Made by a program: the position numbers and the translations under genes. A model generated the notes under the pieces. It did not search any database. It saw only the letters and a program-made list of their open reading frames with translations, and had not been told where the DNA came from. A DNA stretch of 64,000 nt from Camelus dromedarius (lineage: Eukaryota), in the NCBI RefSeq assembly GCF_036321535.1, contig NC_087437.1, forward strand, positions 45,696,001-45,760,000, written 5' to 3'. Positions within the stretch are counted from its first letter, which is position 1. Each line of letters starts with the position of its first letter. Positions 39,225-53,490 of this stretch are shown piece by piece.

Positions 39225-39839
39225 TCAGTACTTAAAACACAATAAGGGTTCAATGGATAGTTGTCAAATTAATGAAAGTTAAGTAATACACCATGCACAT
39301 GCCACAATTGCCTTTAGAATGACTTAGAAATGCCTATGAGAGCTCACAGGTAGGAAAAATTAGGTTGGGTTGGGGAGGTTCAGGCAGGTGATAAAGGGGT
39401 CAAAATTGAATCCTAACTGGCAGGTAGAATTTACATAGTGATACAGAAGAACCCAGGAGAAATACGCAAGTTGCATTCAGTAAATGAAAGAGAGGCTAGC
39501 TGTGCCAAAGTCAGGGGTGGAGTATAAAATTAATGAATGCTGAGACTGGAAACACCAGTTAGATAGAAGATTACGCAGAGTCTTTTGAGTAACTTGAACC
39601 AACTCACTCAGCGATACTTTCCTTATCTGCGTTACGCTGGAGTAGAAATCAGCCTAGGGCATTGTCTTCCAGTCATGTTGACTATGAAAAACACTTTTTA
39701 GAGTGGGGGAAAAAAAGTTTTAATTACTTGAATGATTATAATTGTACGTTTCAAGAAACACTGAGAAATAACAAAGTTATTATGAATTGAACAGTGCTTT
39801 TTAACATATTTCTACTCCATTGTCCAAAATAGCAACTAT

Positions 39840-40560
39840 ATATTCATTTAAAAGAAAATTTCTGATGGGTGTCAGGCTTACCACATTATGTTTTTAATTG
39901 GCATTTCCCTGGTTAGTAAATGAGATTGTGCATACTTTTGTGTATTTATAGGTCTTTTTGAGCATCTGTGAAATGCCTATTCAGATCTTTTGCCCATTTC
40001 TCTGGTTGACTTGAAGGATACTTTGTACATTCTACATACAAAATCCTTTTCAATATTTTCCTTTGAAAATGTTTTCCCCAGTTTTTAGATTGCTTTCTTT
40101 CTAGTATTCTTATAGTGAAGAGAAATTCTTTATTTTTATGGAATTAAATTTATCATTCATTTCCTTTATGGTGTGTCCTGTTTGTTTCCATAAGTAATCC
40201 TTTTCCATCCCAGAGTCATAAAGGCATTCTGTATTTTCTACTGAAATATGAAAGGTAAACTTTAAAATTTTAAATCTATCTCGTATGTGTTTGTTGTAGT
40301 ATGAGAAAGGTATACAAACTGATTTTTCCACATGGATAATTATCCTACATAATTTCTGAATATTCCATCACCCCCCATTGGTTAGCAAAGCCACACATGC
40401 CTTTTTTTTTTTTAACAGATTTCTCTGTTTGCATGAATGTGCTTCAGCATTCTTTATTCTCTTCTATTGGTCTAGTTATTTAAATCTCTCCCAATGTCAC
40501 ACTGTTTTAATCACTACAACTTTGTAATAAACCATGATGCTTACTAGGGCAAATCCCTTC
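39840..40560 (-). mobile_element. Old L1 (L1ME-like) ORF2 3' fragment
   Basis: ttttaattggcatttccctgg...tctgtgaaatgcctattcagatcttttgcccattt. Confidence 0.8.
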
Positions 40561-42045
40561 AAGTCATCAAATTCCATTAAATGTTGTCCCAAATGCACAA
40601 ATGTTTAAAGATACATAACATTCACCTCATTAATAAACATGATACACAGTCTCTCAGCTGAAACACTGGCGAGGGGACGTGGAAATGAACCAAATTACTT
40701 AAACACGCAATCACTTTTGAAGAAGTAGAAATTGATTTTAGTGACTCTCTGGGCTCTTATTCTGAGAATGCTTTTACTACTCACGTAAGAGAAAGAGAAA
40801 AGCAAATGCCAGATTACCTGGGTCTATCTCAGCCACTTACATGAGAGACATTCTAAATAATTACTCAAAACCAGGATGAAGTCTATCACTTTTGTAGACG
40901 AGAAAAGTCTTTATTTTCTTTCTCACAAAGGTGATGAGCTCAATAGGGGGTGAGAAAATTTTGGAATAACTGACATCTCAAAAATGATTCCATCCAAAAA
41001 AAAAAAGAAAAACCTGCCCAAGGATAATACACAACAGTTGCTGAAGATGCAAACATGGGTGAGTTCCTTTTAACCATGTCATTTACATGGAGACATATGA
41101 AGTCTATTATCTGAGAACAAAACCTTGGATAGAGTTCTAGTTTAATATACATGTCACTCTCCTTCAGTCCTTCTGGTGTAAGACTTTTTTCAAATAATAC
41201 GGCTCTCTACGCATTCATGTGCCACATTGTTCCTAATGATCACACGATGAAAGGAGTTATAGTTGAACACATACTTCTACCTGAATAATCCAGCTTGTTT
41301 GGAAAGTCAGTTCCACCATCTGCAGCTGGGCTGTAAAGGCATTACCGGGCTCGCAGCGACGAGAGTGTAAATCCCAGCAGGAGAACACTCGGAGAACCGG
41401 TGACATCTTCCCTTCACAGCAGCGCTCCTGGTTAAATGGAATGTTGTGCTCTAAACTCAATTACTTCAAGTCTATTTGAGAAGCTCAGTTGGATACATGT
41501 TTCTTATATCAACAACGGCTGGAGATAAATCTGCCAAAACTAGCACAGGGATTTGTATTTTTGTTATGTAAGACTTTTGAGGCCCAGAAATGGAATTCAA
41601 GAAAAATATGTTATTTTTGCCCCCAAATTTCCTGAATATTTTATTGAATACAGTATAATGTTTAATACATATATTTACTATTGGTCTCTTGGTAGCACAG
41701 AAATTATACTCATTTCTCTGAACTGTCCCCCAGTAACCAAACGAACTTCCAGGGCATTCCAGCTGCTACTGAGTGGAAATTGGTAACAAGGGAATTTAAA
41801 TAAGTTGCCAAAACTCTTCAATTTTAAAGACAACAAATAAGGCTCAGTACGGCCTTTCCTCAAGGGATTAAGAGTTCAACACACTTAGAAACAGAGGAAA
41901 TTCCTTTCTAATGTTTTCACACATTTAAGAAAAGGCCATAGTTAAAGAGTCCGTGAGCTGTAAATTAGGCAGAGCACCACCACAGCTTCCCCCACAGGGA
42001 GGTAGAGTTAAGAATAAAAATTTGAAAAATATTCAAATAATAATT

Positions 42046-42081
42046 GTTTTTGTTTTTGTTTTTGTTTTTGTTTTTGTTTTT
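42046..42081. repeat. (GTTTTT)n microsatellite
   Basis: about six hexamer units. Confidence 0.9.
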
Positions 42082-42492
42082 AATTTAAAGGATGAAGGAA
42101 GTCTGCCAAATTGTGGCAAAGAGAATTGAGGTCTAAAGATTTCCAAAACCCTAGGGTGCAGGATAAATCATCCCATTTCTCCTCAGATACTTTTTTTTAA
42201 ATCTCACTCCACAGCCTCCAGTGTATTCATCTCAGAGTCTCCATCACGTCTATGCCCTTACCATCCAACTTGAAAGCAACTTCAGTAGTGATGCTCCAGA
42301 GAGCCCCAACTGTTGTTCAGAGAGAACAGAAAATCCCACACCAGTGTAAGAGAAATTTAAAGTATGAGTTGTACACATTTCAGGAAACAACTCTCTGTTT
42401 AGGTCCTAAATAATAGGAGAAAATGAGAGCATTTGCTATTAGGTGTAAATTGCTCTGCAGGGTATAGGTAATCCTGTCAGCATAGCATCTGA

Positions 42493-43069
42493 TGTGGTAG
42501 CTGGGAAAACAGAAGTAAATCAGTGGGCCCCTCCTAGCATCTCTCCTTCCTCTGAGAGATGGTGGGTTTGCTTGCTGGTCCAGCACTTGTTCCAACCCCC
42601 TCCTAGCTCTCCAAAGCAGGGAAGCTGGAAAATTCTATTTCCCGAACTTCCTTGCGGCTGGCATTCTGCATATTATTCAACTGTCACCATGCAGGTATTC
42701 TGTGCAAGACCCTGACTCAGAACTGAGTCACTCTGGAAGAAAAGCACTCACTTCAGACTTTTATGACCTGGGATGGATTTACACGAAGCAAGGACACCTA
42801 CCTACCTGCCCTGGGGTCGGCAGAGCCGGTGAATGCCGGTGTGGATGACTACACTGGCGGCTGCCTGGGTGGCAACTGTGTGTCCCTGGCAGAGGCAGCA
42901 GCTCCTCTGCGAGCCTGGTCCTGCACTGTGCTCTGGCCATAGTTCAGCCAGAGCATGTTTCTTCAGACTTCTCAATGAACTAGTTATTTCTCTGAATAAA
43001 TACTCTTCTAGTTAAACAAGCCACAGTGGATTCTGATCTGTGTGTATAAAAACTGTGACAACTAATGTA
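42493..43069 (+). mobile_element. ERVL-class solo LTR (LTR33/LTR16-like)
   Basis: TG start, ttcccgaacttccttgcggctgg core, AATAAA at ~42995, TSD TCTGA/TCTTA. Confidence 0.65.
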
Positions 43070-43209
43070 TCTTACAAACCTATAGGATATTCTAGAGCTA
43101 AAAGAGAACAATCATTGAATGAAATCATCCAACAGCACTCTAAAAATTAAGAATTAAGCCTTGTTTTTGACAAATAGTTTCTATAGCTCTGTACAATATC
43201 TATGAATCA

Positions 43210-43345
43210 GGAGGGAGGGTTTAGCTCAGTGGTAGAAAGTATGCTTAGCATGCATAAGTCCTGAGTTCAATCCCCAGTACTTCCATTAAAAAACTAATAA
43301 TAATAAAATAACATAAATAAGCTTAATTACCCCCCAAAAAATAAA
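43210..43345 (+). mobile_element. Vic-1-type SINE
   Basis: ggtttagctcagtggtagaaagtatgcttagcatgcataagtcctgagttcaatccccagtac plus A-rich tail. Confidence 0.85.
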
Positions 43346-43993
43346 GTGGTAAAACAGAATTTATTTTTTTTAATCTATCAAACAAAAGAGAGAGACTTTG
43401 CCTCAAATACTTGCACTTCAGAAAAGACAAGCAATCTTTAAAGTACAAGCAAACTATATTCCTAAATTAATTTGCAGTGAAATGATTGTGACCTTGATTG
43501 TATTTGAAGAGAACATCAGCCTTGTAAGTGGTGACTAAGTTCCTAAGTCATCTCAAAAACATTTCATAAGCCTTGCTCGAGCAAAAATACCAAAAAAAAA
43601 TGCCATTAAAAAAAGAAATTTAAAAAACTATCATATTATGAAACTAGTGATTACACAGAACAGGAACAAATTAAGTAAGAAAAATTGAATTTAGTGTGAA
43701 TGCTGGTTCTTGCAGGGACAAATGAGTTTCATTAGATGAAGAAAACTTTCTCAACGGAGTATTAGAAGTCATGATACTGATTCACTTATGTCTAATGTTC
43801 CCTTAGAAAAATTTAACATCCTTTTTCTAAGAAATACATATACCACTAACATTATGCACAGCTTTTCAGCTATAATTAGTGACATTTTGAGTACTCAGAA
43901 GCACAATAGAAAAGAGAGGACCAAAGAGATAAGAGAAAACTTTGTCTTAAGCAACTGTTAACTAAAAGAAGAATGAAGGTATTTGTCTACATA

Positions 43994-44593
43994 TGCATTA
44001 AAGGCTTAACTCAGTGGTCTTGGGTTGCCTCTAATCCCTTACTTTCCAAAGAAAGAACTGGCCTCTAACTGCTTCCTGGGAAATAACTCCTAAACCCTTG
44101 GAGTATCCTACCCAACAAGATTGCCTTTTAAGACCCTAGGTCTTGTATCACACCAAATAGTTTAGGCCAATGAGATTTATAGTGAATGTCTGTTTTTGTT
44201 CTCTGAGGCCATGCTACATTAGTCTGACCTCCAGGGGTGGGAGGAAATAGGTAGAAACTTAATAGATGATCCATGCCTACATGACTGACACTCAATAAAA
44301 TCCTACACGCCAAGGCTCAGGTAAGCTTCCCTGATAGGCAATCCATCACACATGTTGTCACACATGTTGCTAGGAGAATTAAGAGCCATTTATGTGACTC
44401 CATTAGGAAACAAGGGCCAGAAATCGGAGCCTGGCTAATCCCAGACTCTGCCCTGTGAGCCTTTCAATTTACTAATTTTAATCTGTATTCATTCCCTGTA
44501 GCAAAACAGAACCATAAATAATGATAGCTTTATAAGTTCCATAAGTCCTAGTCAATCACCAAAACTGAGAGTGGTTTAGGGACCCTCAACACA
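43994..44593 (+). mobile_element. MER21-like LTR
   Basis: tcctaaacccttggagtatcctaccc...gagagtggtttagggaccctcaacaca end resembles recalled MER21. Confidence 0.75.
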
Positions 44594-44719
44594 GTAAATT
44601 TGAAAAGGATATTGCATGGGGTGGAGTTAATCAAAGGATATTCCGCGAGGTAGAATTAACAGAAAACAGATCAAGAGGGAGAATGGTGTAGGCCCATTTT
44701 TTCCACAGATAGAGAAGGA

Positions 44720-44792
44720 ATATATATATTTATATATATATATACACATATATATATATACACATATACATATATACACACATATATATATA
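44720..44792. repeat. (TA)/(CA) mixed microsatellite within an old L1 3' fragment
   Basis: alternating purine-pyrimidine run. Confidence 0.85.
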
Positions 44793-45634
44793 ATTCATTC
44801 CCATGCCTCAAAGTATCACCCATAGATTACTTATTTGTTACAAAAAGGTAATGTACACCTACAACGGAGAGCTCGGGTGGTCACCACCTTAAACAACTGA
44901 TCAAGCTCAACATCACCAGTGGTGAGAAGACACGAGAGGCTGACGTGTAGCATTTGGACACACGTACACACACAAACCATATTTATAACACACACACCTG
45001 TCATTTATATGTATACAATATTTGCAGTTCAATTATTCCTAACATGAAAATTGGGTTTAGTGTAAAAAAAAATGTGGGAATTTTGGAAGGGTAATTGCGC
45101 GTATAATATTCTTACATAAAAATATAATTGAATTTCTGAAGTAGAATGACAGTATGTATAAAATAAATATCTTTTCCATTATATACACCCATAGAATTAC
45201 AAAGTCTTAGAGCCAAATGAAAATTTGGACGTTAGTTTCACTGAGAAATTAAAAGAACTCTCTTTAGGTAGAATATCATGCTAGTAACTGTTGTTGGGAT
45301 GGGGATGAGATGGATATCAAGAAACAAAACAGCTTAACTCGTACTCTTGAGAAACCTGGATTTCTGTTGGAAAGATCTGACACAAAGCTTTTATAAATTA
45401 GGCTGTGATTTTCATTTACACAAACATCTTTGCAATTCTCCTACTGAAAGATTATTAGAATCCTGGAATAAGCCAAACCAAAGGGATATGGTGAAATCTC
45501 CTTTGAAAGACTAAATTATTGACTTTTCAATCCCTGTGCTCAAGTGTCCAATCAAGTGTTCCAGAGAAAACAGCATGAGAGTTGAAATGCTGTTATCTTT
45601 GGAGGGTCTCCACATTGGAAATGTGACAACTGGG

Positions 45635-45860
45635 GAAGAGGAAAGAACTCTGGGCTGGGATTCTTCAGACATTGGCCAGGTCCCAGCTCTGCAATATGCT
45701 GGGTGTGTCACGTGGGGAAAATTATCTAGCATCACTGAGCCTCAGTTTTCATTACACAATGATGTCCACAATGGTAAAACTGAGGGCTGCTGTAAAAACA
45801 AACTGGCTGAAAACATGAAAGTATTTGGCATCAATTCAGCACTTTGCAAATATTAGGTAA
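45635..45860 (+). mobile_element. MIR SINE
   Basis: cccagctctgc...gggaaaattatctagcatcactgagcctcagttttcatt. Confidence 0.72.
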
Positions 45861-47379
45861 GGATAGTTGAAGGAGGCTTTGCGGGTTTGATTCCTGGCCA
45901 CCCCTTGCCACCTATACCCATCCCTTTTCCTCCCAGTTTCTACCTCCCTTCACTCAGAGTACAACGTTTGAAAGGCTCATACTAATATTTATGAAAGCAA
46001 GACCGCATCAAGGAAAGTTCTAGAGGTTTCAAGAGGAGAGACAGACCTGAGTCTTACACATCAAACATGACTTTGGTAAGAACAAAATACAAACCTCAAC
46101 TAAATTCAACTGCTGGAACAAGGAAGAGCTTTGTTCTGGCAGGTTGCAAGGACCTTCATACACTAGGTACTTTCAAAATTGTCATGAAGAGTTTCTTATA
46201 CTGATGAGGCATGTTTCTACAAGTTTTCTGGGGAAAAAAATACACTTTCCGAAGTTGACTTATTATCCTATAAGGGTGTTTGAATATTAAGAAGAAGCTC
46301 AGCTCTCTATTTAGATAAATGCTCTCCAATCCAAGAGATAAATGGACAAAAGCTGTCCAAAAAAAAAAAAAAAACTCTCAAAACAAATAAAAATCAAAGC
46401 CACTGGCCCAAGATAAGAAAATTCTGGAAGTGTAGGTACTCTCATTCATATGGGAGAATCATGTCTGTGGTCACGGAAAGAGTACTGGACATGAAGGCAG
46501 TTTACTAGGGTTCAGCCAAGCCTTGAATTAATTCATGTTACTTTAGACAAATCACCTGACTTTTTGGAGCCCCAGTTTTCTCTGGGTAAATTAGATGCAT
46601 GTCAAGTCTTTTTCAACATCAACATTCCATGTTTATCATTATTTTAAACTGCTATTCTAACTTAAGTTTCATTTCTAATTCTGCCTTTGCTAAAACTGGA
46701 AAACTGAGAGTTGGTCCCACAATATAATTATTTCCAATCTACTTGACTAAAATGGATTTTAACTTCAGAATGACATGCTTTTATGCCTAACCCTTGACAT
46801 GAAGTGCAGTAAAATTTCTCATCAGACTACTAAGCACAGACTGAATTTACCCCCAAAAAATGCACTTATCACTGAATACTAATTTCACCATGCCTCAGAA
46901 AATACCATAAACTGAAAGTGTAAGTAAATGCTTTTCTCTCACAACTGCAGGGTAACCTCTGAAATGACTCCTTACTGACTTTATTGTGGATGAATTTATC
47001 TTTCCTAAAACCAGTGTCCCTCATGCACCTGTCTTCATCACCATGGCTTTCCCCTGGGTCAGCCTAACAATACTGCACTCCCAGTTCTGCCCTATCTCTC
47101 TTACCTGTGGACAACCTGAGGGAAAAATAGAGAGGAATTGATTTCTGAATCTAACCTCTCTGAGGCTCTATTTACTTTTCTCTAAAAGGGGAATTATTAA
47201 TGACTGCAGCACACATTATGTGAAATACATGTCAACCATGTTTTTACCTTTCAATCCTTCAGCAAAAAACTTACTCAACATTGACTTAAAAAACACACAT
47301 TGTCTGTTTCTCGATAGTTGGAGTTTTTCCAGCAATTTCTGCCCATATTCTAAATAGGAGAGTGTTCAGCCAACGCACT

Positions 47380-50300
47380 GTACCATTTGCTAAATACAAT
47401 TTGACAGAAAGGTTTCAAATCCCTACCATGTGGTCTAGTTCCAAGTATTATACTAAACTCTGGAGATGTAAAGATGAAGACATACTAAGATGCTGTCCCT
47501 ATTTTTATAGTGTTTCTCCTTAGTGAGGGAAGCATACACATAAGTAAAAATAACTAAAGTTATATATATGCACATATGTATATTACTTGTTTGTTCATTA
47601 TAATAAGCACTACAAAGGCATGTTCAAAATCCTGTAGCAATAGCAAGGAGGGGTCAGTTACTAATTCTTGCTAGGCAGTTCCAGGGCAATTTCATAAGGA
47701 AGGTGACATTTGAAGAGTGAAGAAGTTATCCAGTCAGAAAAGGAAGAAGAAAGAACTGATGGCTGAGGAATCAGCATGAGCAAAACCACAGAGGGCATCA
47801 AGTGTGTAGAGCCAGGAAGACTAGCATCATAGGAGTCAACGATTCATGGGCGAATGAACAAGAGATGATCAGAATGTTAAATGTCATGCCAAGGACCTTA
47901 GGCACCACCCTGTAGAAAAATGTTTAATAAACAGTTTTTCAAAGGCCAAATTTCTGTTTGTTTTGAAATAACTCTGATGACAATATTGTTGATGAACTAT
48001 AGATGGATAGACTGAAGATGAGGTTTAATTGAGGGAGACTAGGGAGATATCCTCTTTGAGGAAAGACAGGAATAGAGAAGCCAGATTCTAGAGACATTTA
48101 AGAGGTAGATCCCACCATACCTGGTGATCAAATGAGTATTGAGATGAAAGTGAAAGGAATTTGAAAGAAGAAAGAGTCAAAACTGATTCCAAGAGATCTC
48201 ACTTGGATATATCTTCTCAGGCAAGGGGGAAAAAAGCAAAACTGAACAAAGGGACTGTATCAGACTAAAAAGCTTTTGCACAGGAAAGGAAACTATCAAC
48301 AAAAAGAAAAGTCCACCTACTAAATGGGAGAAGATATTTGCCAACAATATATCCAACAAGGGGTTAATATCCAAAATATACAAAGAATTCATACAACTCA
48401 ACATCAAGAAAACAAACAACCTGATTAAAAAAAATGGGCAGAAGAACTGAACAGATCTTTTTCCAAAGAGGAAGTGCAGATGATCAACAGGCACATGAAA
48501 AGAAGCTCAACATCATTAATCATCAGGAAAACGCAAATCAAGACCACAAGGAGATATCACCTCACACCTGTCGGAATGGTTATTATCAAAAAAGAAAAAA
48601 ATAGCAAGTGCTGGGAACCCTTGTGCACTGCTGGTGGGAAGGTGAACTGGTAAACTGGTACCAACACTATGGAAAACCCTCTGTCACTATGGAGGTTCCT
48701 CAAAAAATTAAAAATAGAACTACCATATGATTCAACAATTCCACTCCCTGGTATACGTCCAAAGAAAATAAAAACATTAATTTGAAAAGACATGCACCCC
48801 AATGTTCATAGCAGTATTATTTACAATAGCCAGGATATGGAAGCAACCCAAGAGCCCATCAATAGATGACTGGATAAAGAAGATGTGATGTGTGTGTGTA
48901 TATGTATGTATATGTGTGTGTGTGTAAACACATACACTTTTCATGTATACACATATACACACACATACAATGGGATATTAGCCATAAAGAAGAACAAAAT
49001 TTTGCCATTTGTGACACCATGGATGGACTAGAAGGTATTATCATAAGTGAAATAAGTCAGATGGAGAAAGACAAATACTGTATGATTTCACTTATATATG
49101 GAGCTAAAAAACAAAACAAATGAATAAACATAACAAAAGAGAAACTTTGTTTTAGATACAGAGAACAAACAGGTTCATGCCAGCGAGGAGAGTGGGAAAA
49201 AAGAAATAGAAGATACAACTTTCCAGTTGCAAAATAAAGGGGGTCGTATGTATGAAATGTACAGAGTGGGGAGTACAGTCAATAACTATTTAATATCTTT
49301 GTATCATGACAGATCGTAACTATATTTATCACAGCCACCATGTTGAAAAGTACAGAAATATCAAATCAATACATTGTGTAATAGGAACTAACAGTGTTGT
49401 AGGTCAATTACACTTCGAAAACAAACGAACGAACAAACTTATAGAAAAAGAGATCAGATTTGAGGGCACCAGAGGCAAGGGTGGAGGCAGAGGTAGAGTG
49501 GGCAAAAGGTACAGACTTCCAGTTAAAAGATAAACAAGCACTTGGGATGTAATTACAACCTGATCAATATAATTGACTCTGCTATATGTTATATCTGAAT
49601 GTTGTTAAGAGAATAAATCCCAAGAACTCTCATCACAAGGAAAAAAATTTTATTTTTTTAATTTAATTCTGTATCTATATGAGATAAAAGATGTTCACTA
49701 AACTTATTGCAATCATTTCATAACATATGTAAGTCATTATGCTGTCCACCTGAAACTTACACAGTGCTATATGCCCATGGTATCTTGGTAAAACTGGAAG
49801 AAGAGAGAGAGGAGAACTAGCTCGGGGAATAAAGGAGAAGGAGCCATGCTAGTGGGAGAACTCTGGAGGTTGACATTAGACATACAGAATGTCAGGAGTC
49901 TTCAACACATCAAAATGCAATGTTCATTTGTTTGTTAGAAAAATGCAACTGAGCTCAAGTGTGAGGTGGATGCTAGGGAGAGAGGAAGAAAAGTCTGAGC
50001 CTCACTGGTGCCTGAGGAGGAGCAGAGGTCATGAGGGTAGACATGGTAACCTGGGGGGTGGTTATACAGGAAGAAGGGAGTAGAAATAGTGACAGGGCAC
50101 TGAAGAATACCTACATGGACGGGACAGAGAAAGAAGAGGAACCTAAAAAAGAAGAAGAAGTGGTTGGAGATGCTGCAGCAGACACGATAGTCACTGCATG
50201 AAATGGGAGAGAACAGAGTTTATCAAAACACACAAGAGCAGGGAAAACTTGTTTCAGGAAGCAGTGAGGAAAACAAATACAGTTGATTGTTCTGTTCACC

Positions 50301-50760
50301 AAGAAATTATCAGAAACACGTACCAAAGGGAGGAAGGGAGTGCTGTCCCCACCCAGCAAGTTATAGGCCTGGACTCACTCTTGGGAAACAGGGTTATCAA
50401 AAATGAATAAGTACCATAGAGGGAATGCAGCCTGGTCAGAGTGAGGATTTGTGAACGATTTCCCCGCGGAGGTGATGATGGAGCTGAGAGCAGTGAGGAA
50501 ATGAGAGTCAGCTGAGTGAGAAGAAAATGCGACATATCACAAAAAAGAGGGGTCATCAGGTGCAAATTCTCCATGGCAGGAGGGACAAGGGCCTGAGAGA
50601 AAGTTGGTGAGGTTTGAGCTCTGAGCCCGAGGGGGAAAATAAGCAGATGAAGTTGGGGAGGTAGCAGGGAACCAGACCCGGAAGGACCCCGTAGAGCACA
50701 GTAATGAGACGCCATTAAATGGCTTTAGGTGGAGAGAGGGACAGGGTCAGTGAGATTCTC
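47380..50760 (-). mobile_element. L2 LINE remnant split by the L1 at 48195-49800
   Basis: purine-rich antisense L2 motifs on both sides (ggaaggtgacatttgaag, gagtcaaaactgattccaag, cagttgattgttctgttcaccaagaa). Confidence 0.6.
48195..49800 (+). mobile_element. L1 3' portion with long two-part 3' UTR and internal (TG)/(CA) repeat
   Basis: aaatgggagaagatatttgccaac, gatatcacctcacacctgtcggaatgg; ends tatcttggtaaaactggaag. Confidence 0.9.
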
Positions 50761-50905
50761 CATTTTGAAATGATCCAGTCAAGTACTGTGGTGGGTAAAC
50801 GTAGTGGGTAAATATAGGAGGCGCTACAAGTATAAGGAACGTAACTTTCAAAGATGTCTAATCACTAACAGTGATTCATCCTAAGACGTAAGTTGGAGGC
50901 CTAGG

Positions 50906-51588
50906 TGTTCAGGATGTACACTTGCTCAATGAAAACCGGGAGGAAGGATTTTTATCTGACCCTCTGTTCATCCCAGGAGATAGATCCCTGTTTGACAAAG
51001 AGCAACACCTATTTGCGATGTGAAGGCAAATTACTTGTATTAGTGTTAGAGCAGGCAGGTAGCTAGATATGTGCAGAGAAAGAGGGGCGCGGGCCAAATG
51101 GCAGGAAATCATATGTCTTGTGAACAACGGGGGTCCTTGGGCAGAGAAAAGCAGGAACTCCTGGACTGATAAGAAACCACACATTTTGGGTTGACAAGTG
51201 TCCTGGAGGCAAAGAAAGGTGGGACAAGTCGGGAATCTTCAGCATCCAAATGTAACCTTTCACTCATTATGCCCTCATCTGACTTCTCAGTCAAGACTAA
51301 GTAAGGACAACAATTCCTCCTCTCCTCGGGAAAGTGGAGCTGGGATGAAGATCAAGAAAGATGACCCCAAACCCTTCCCCACCGATGAATATTCTGCCCA
51401 TTCCTTTTCACACCCTGCATAACCAGCCTGCTAAAGAAACTCTGGGCAGCGACCCACCTGAGTCGGCCTGCTCTTCCCTTGACAGTGAACTACCTATTGC
51501 TTAATAAATCCTTGCTTTGCTTTCTTGACCTCTGTGTCTCGTTTCTGAATTCTTTCTGTGATGAGACAGCAACTGCTCTCCGATAACA
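50906..51588 (+). mobile_element. ERV solo LTR
   Basis: tgttcagg...gataaca ends, AATAAA at ~51503, TSD CTAGG/TTAGG. Confidence 0.8.
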
Positions 51589-53274
51589 TTAGGAACTACA
51601 AATTTTCTGGAGAAACAGGAAATTATGTCCTTGCTTCTTTTAGAATAAATACAAACACCTCAGCAAAGGAAACTGAAACTGGAAAAAAAATCCTTCATAA
51701 TCTGGTTCTGCCTACTTCTTCAACCTCACATGCCTCTCCCTTCTTAACCTTATGCTGCAGCTGGGCCAAATTTCTTACAGGTCCCCGTTCACATCAGTCT
51801 TCCTCACATGGGGCTCTTTGCCCTCCTTTTTCTCTACCTGGGTCATGTTTATCCTTAAGGTCACAGTAAGAAGAACACCATGGGAGACCATCACCAAGCC
51901 TCTTCCAACATCCAAGAAGACTCAATAAAATTCTTCTCATTCCCTTGAAAAACTGATTTGCAAAACAAAAGTCACATAACTGAAGTCAGGAGATTTCAAG
52001 GAGAGTGAAATAATTTACAAGCCGAAGAAAGGGATTTTTGTTTCTAGGAATTTCAGTGAGCGTGGCCTAAAGAGAACAAAAGCTATGGAAAAAATGAAAC
52101 ATATGAAATGCCTCTCCTCTAACAGACATAGAATTTGGGGACTAGCACTGTGGTTTATTTCAACTTTTTGATACTGAGCTGGACTGTGGTCTTTTCTATC
52201 ACTGCCCTCTGCAGTGTTATTATTTTTGCTGTTTTTGCATGCCACGTCATACAACCACACAGACCACGGACCAGCACAAACGACAGTGCTATCACTTTCG
52301 GCAAATCCTCAGGCTTACTTAAAGAAATTGGCAGAGATAGCGGAGGCAGACTCTATAGCAATTCACAGTAATGTGACCATGCAGTTTATCAAGAGAGACA
52401 GGGACTGCCAGCGATATTGAAAAATCAGTCTCAGGACTTGGAGGGTTTTACTAAAGTTACAGAGAAGTTCAAACTGCCAAGCTCCCCAGTGACTGAAACG
52501 TAAGATCAACGGTTGGCCCAAATGGTATCATTTTCGCCCTGCTCTGGAAATTAAGCAGCTCTGAGCTGATAAAGCCCATAATTTAACATGTAGGGCAAAT
52601 TGCTAAAGTACTTAACCAGTGAGGTACTAATCTTCCTTTCCTATGTGAACTTGAACTGACTCCTGACAGCAAAATCAATGAAAGAGATTTACCCCAGGGA
52701 TAGCTTCTAAAAAGCAGTGTAATCAGGAGATAAGGAAATTGATGGCGAGTGCATTATCACAGCCCTCCACCAACACTCCACCATCTGCCACAGGCTTCCC
52801 ACGGCCCTGAGCCTGGAGTTGCCTTCGTCTTAGGCAGATCTCACTGAATTCAAGGTATTTGGAGGTCAAGAAACCTTTTCCCATATTGATTTAATCTTGT
52901 CACCTGAAACACTCGAGGTTGAGCAAATTTGCCACATTGGTTTCCAGGGGGCAGCTACAAAATTTTAAGAAGAAAAACCAAAAAACCATGTCTGCTTCTC
53001 CATGTTTTACAGAATGCTTTGAGCTATGGGCTTGATGTATTTGATGGCTGACAAATTTGCATGTGCCTTATGGCTTTTTAAAATAAACTGTCTGCTTTGA
53101 ACTCAAGAGGGTTCCAGAAATCCAATATTTCAATCTTGTGAGTTTTCCTTTAAAAGCACATAAACCATTTGTTGCTTAAAATGATGGTGAGATACTTACA
53201 GTCTCGTTGCCCCACTGCTACATGGTATGTCTTGAGACACTCCCCCCGCCCCATCCCTACAACAAAGAATGCAA

Positions 53275-53490
53275 TGTGGTGTGGCAGAAATGGCCAGCGT
53301 GTCTCAGCATGAACTGCCACTCTATAGCTTACCAGCTGTGTACACTGGGGCCAGTGTTTAACCTCCTGGACTGTTTCCTTATCTGCATCTTTTACCACTT
53401 GCCTCCTAGGGTTGTTACGAGAACTAGACGAGATAACATAGATAAAGTACCCAGCACAGGCCATTACACGAAAGAACATAAACACTATTT
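53275..53490 (+). mobile_element. MIR SINE
   Basis: cttaccagctgtgtacactggggccagtgtttaacctcctggactgtttccttatctg. Confidence 0.75.
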
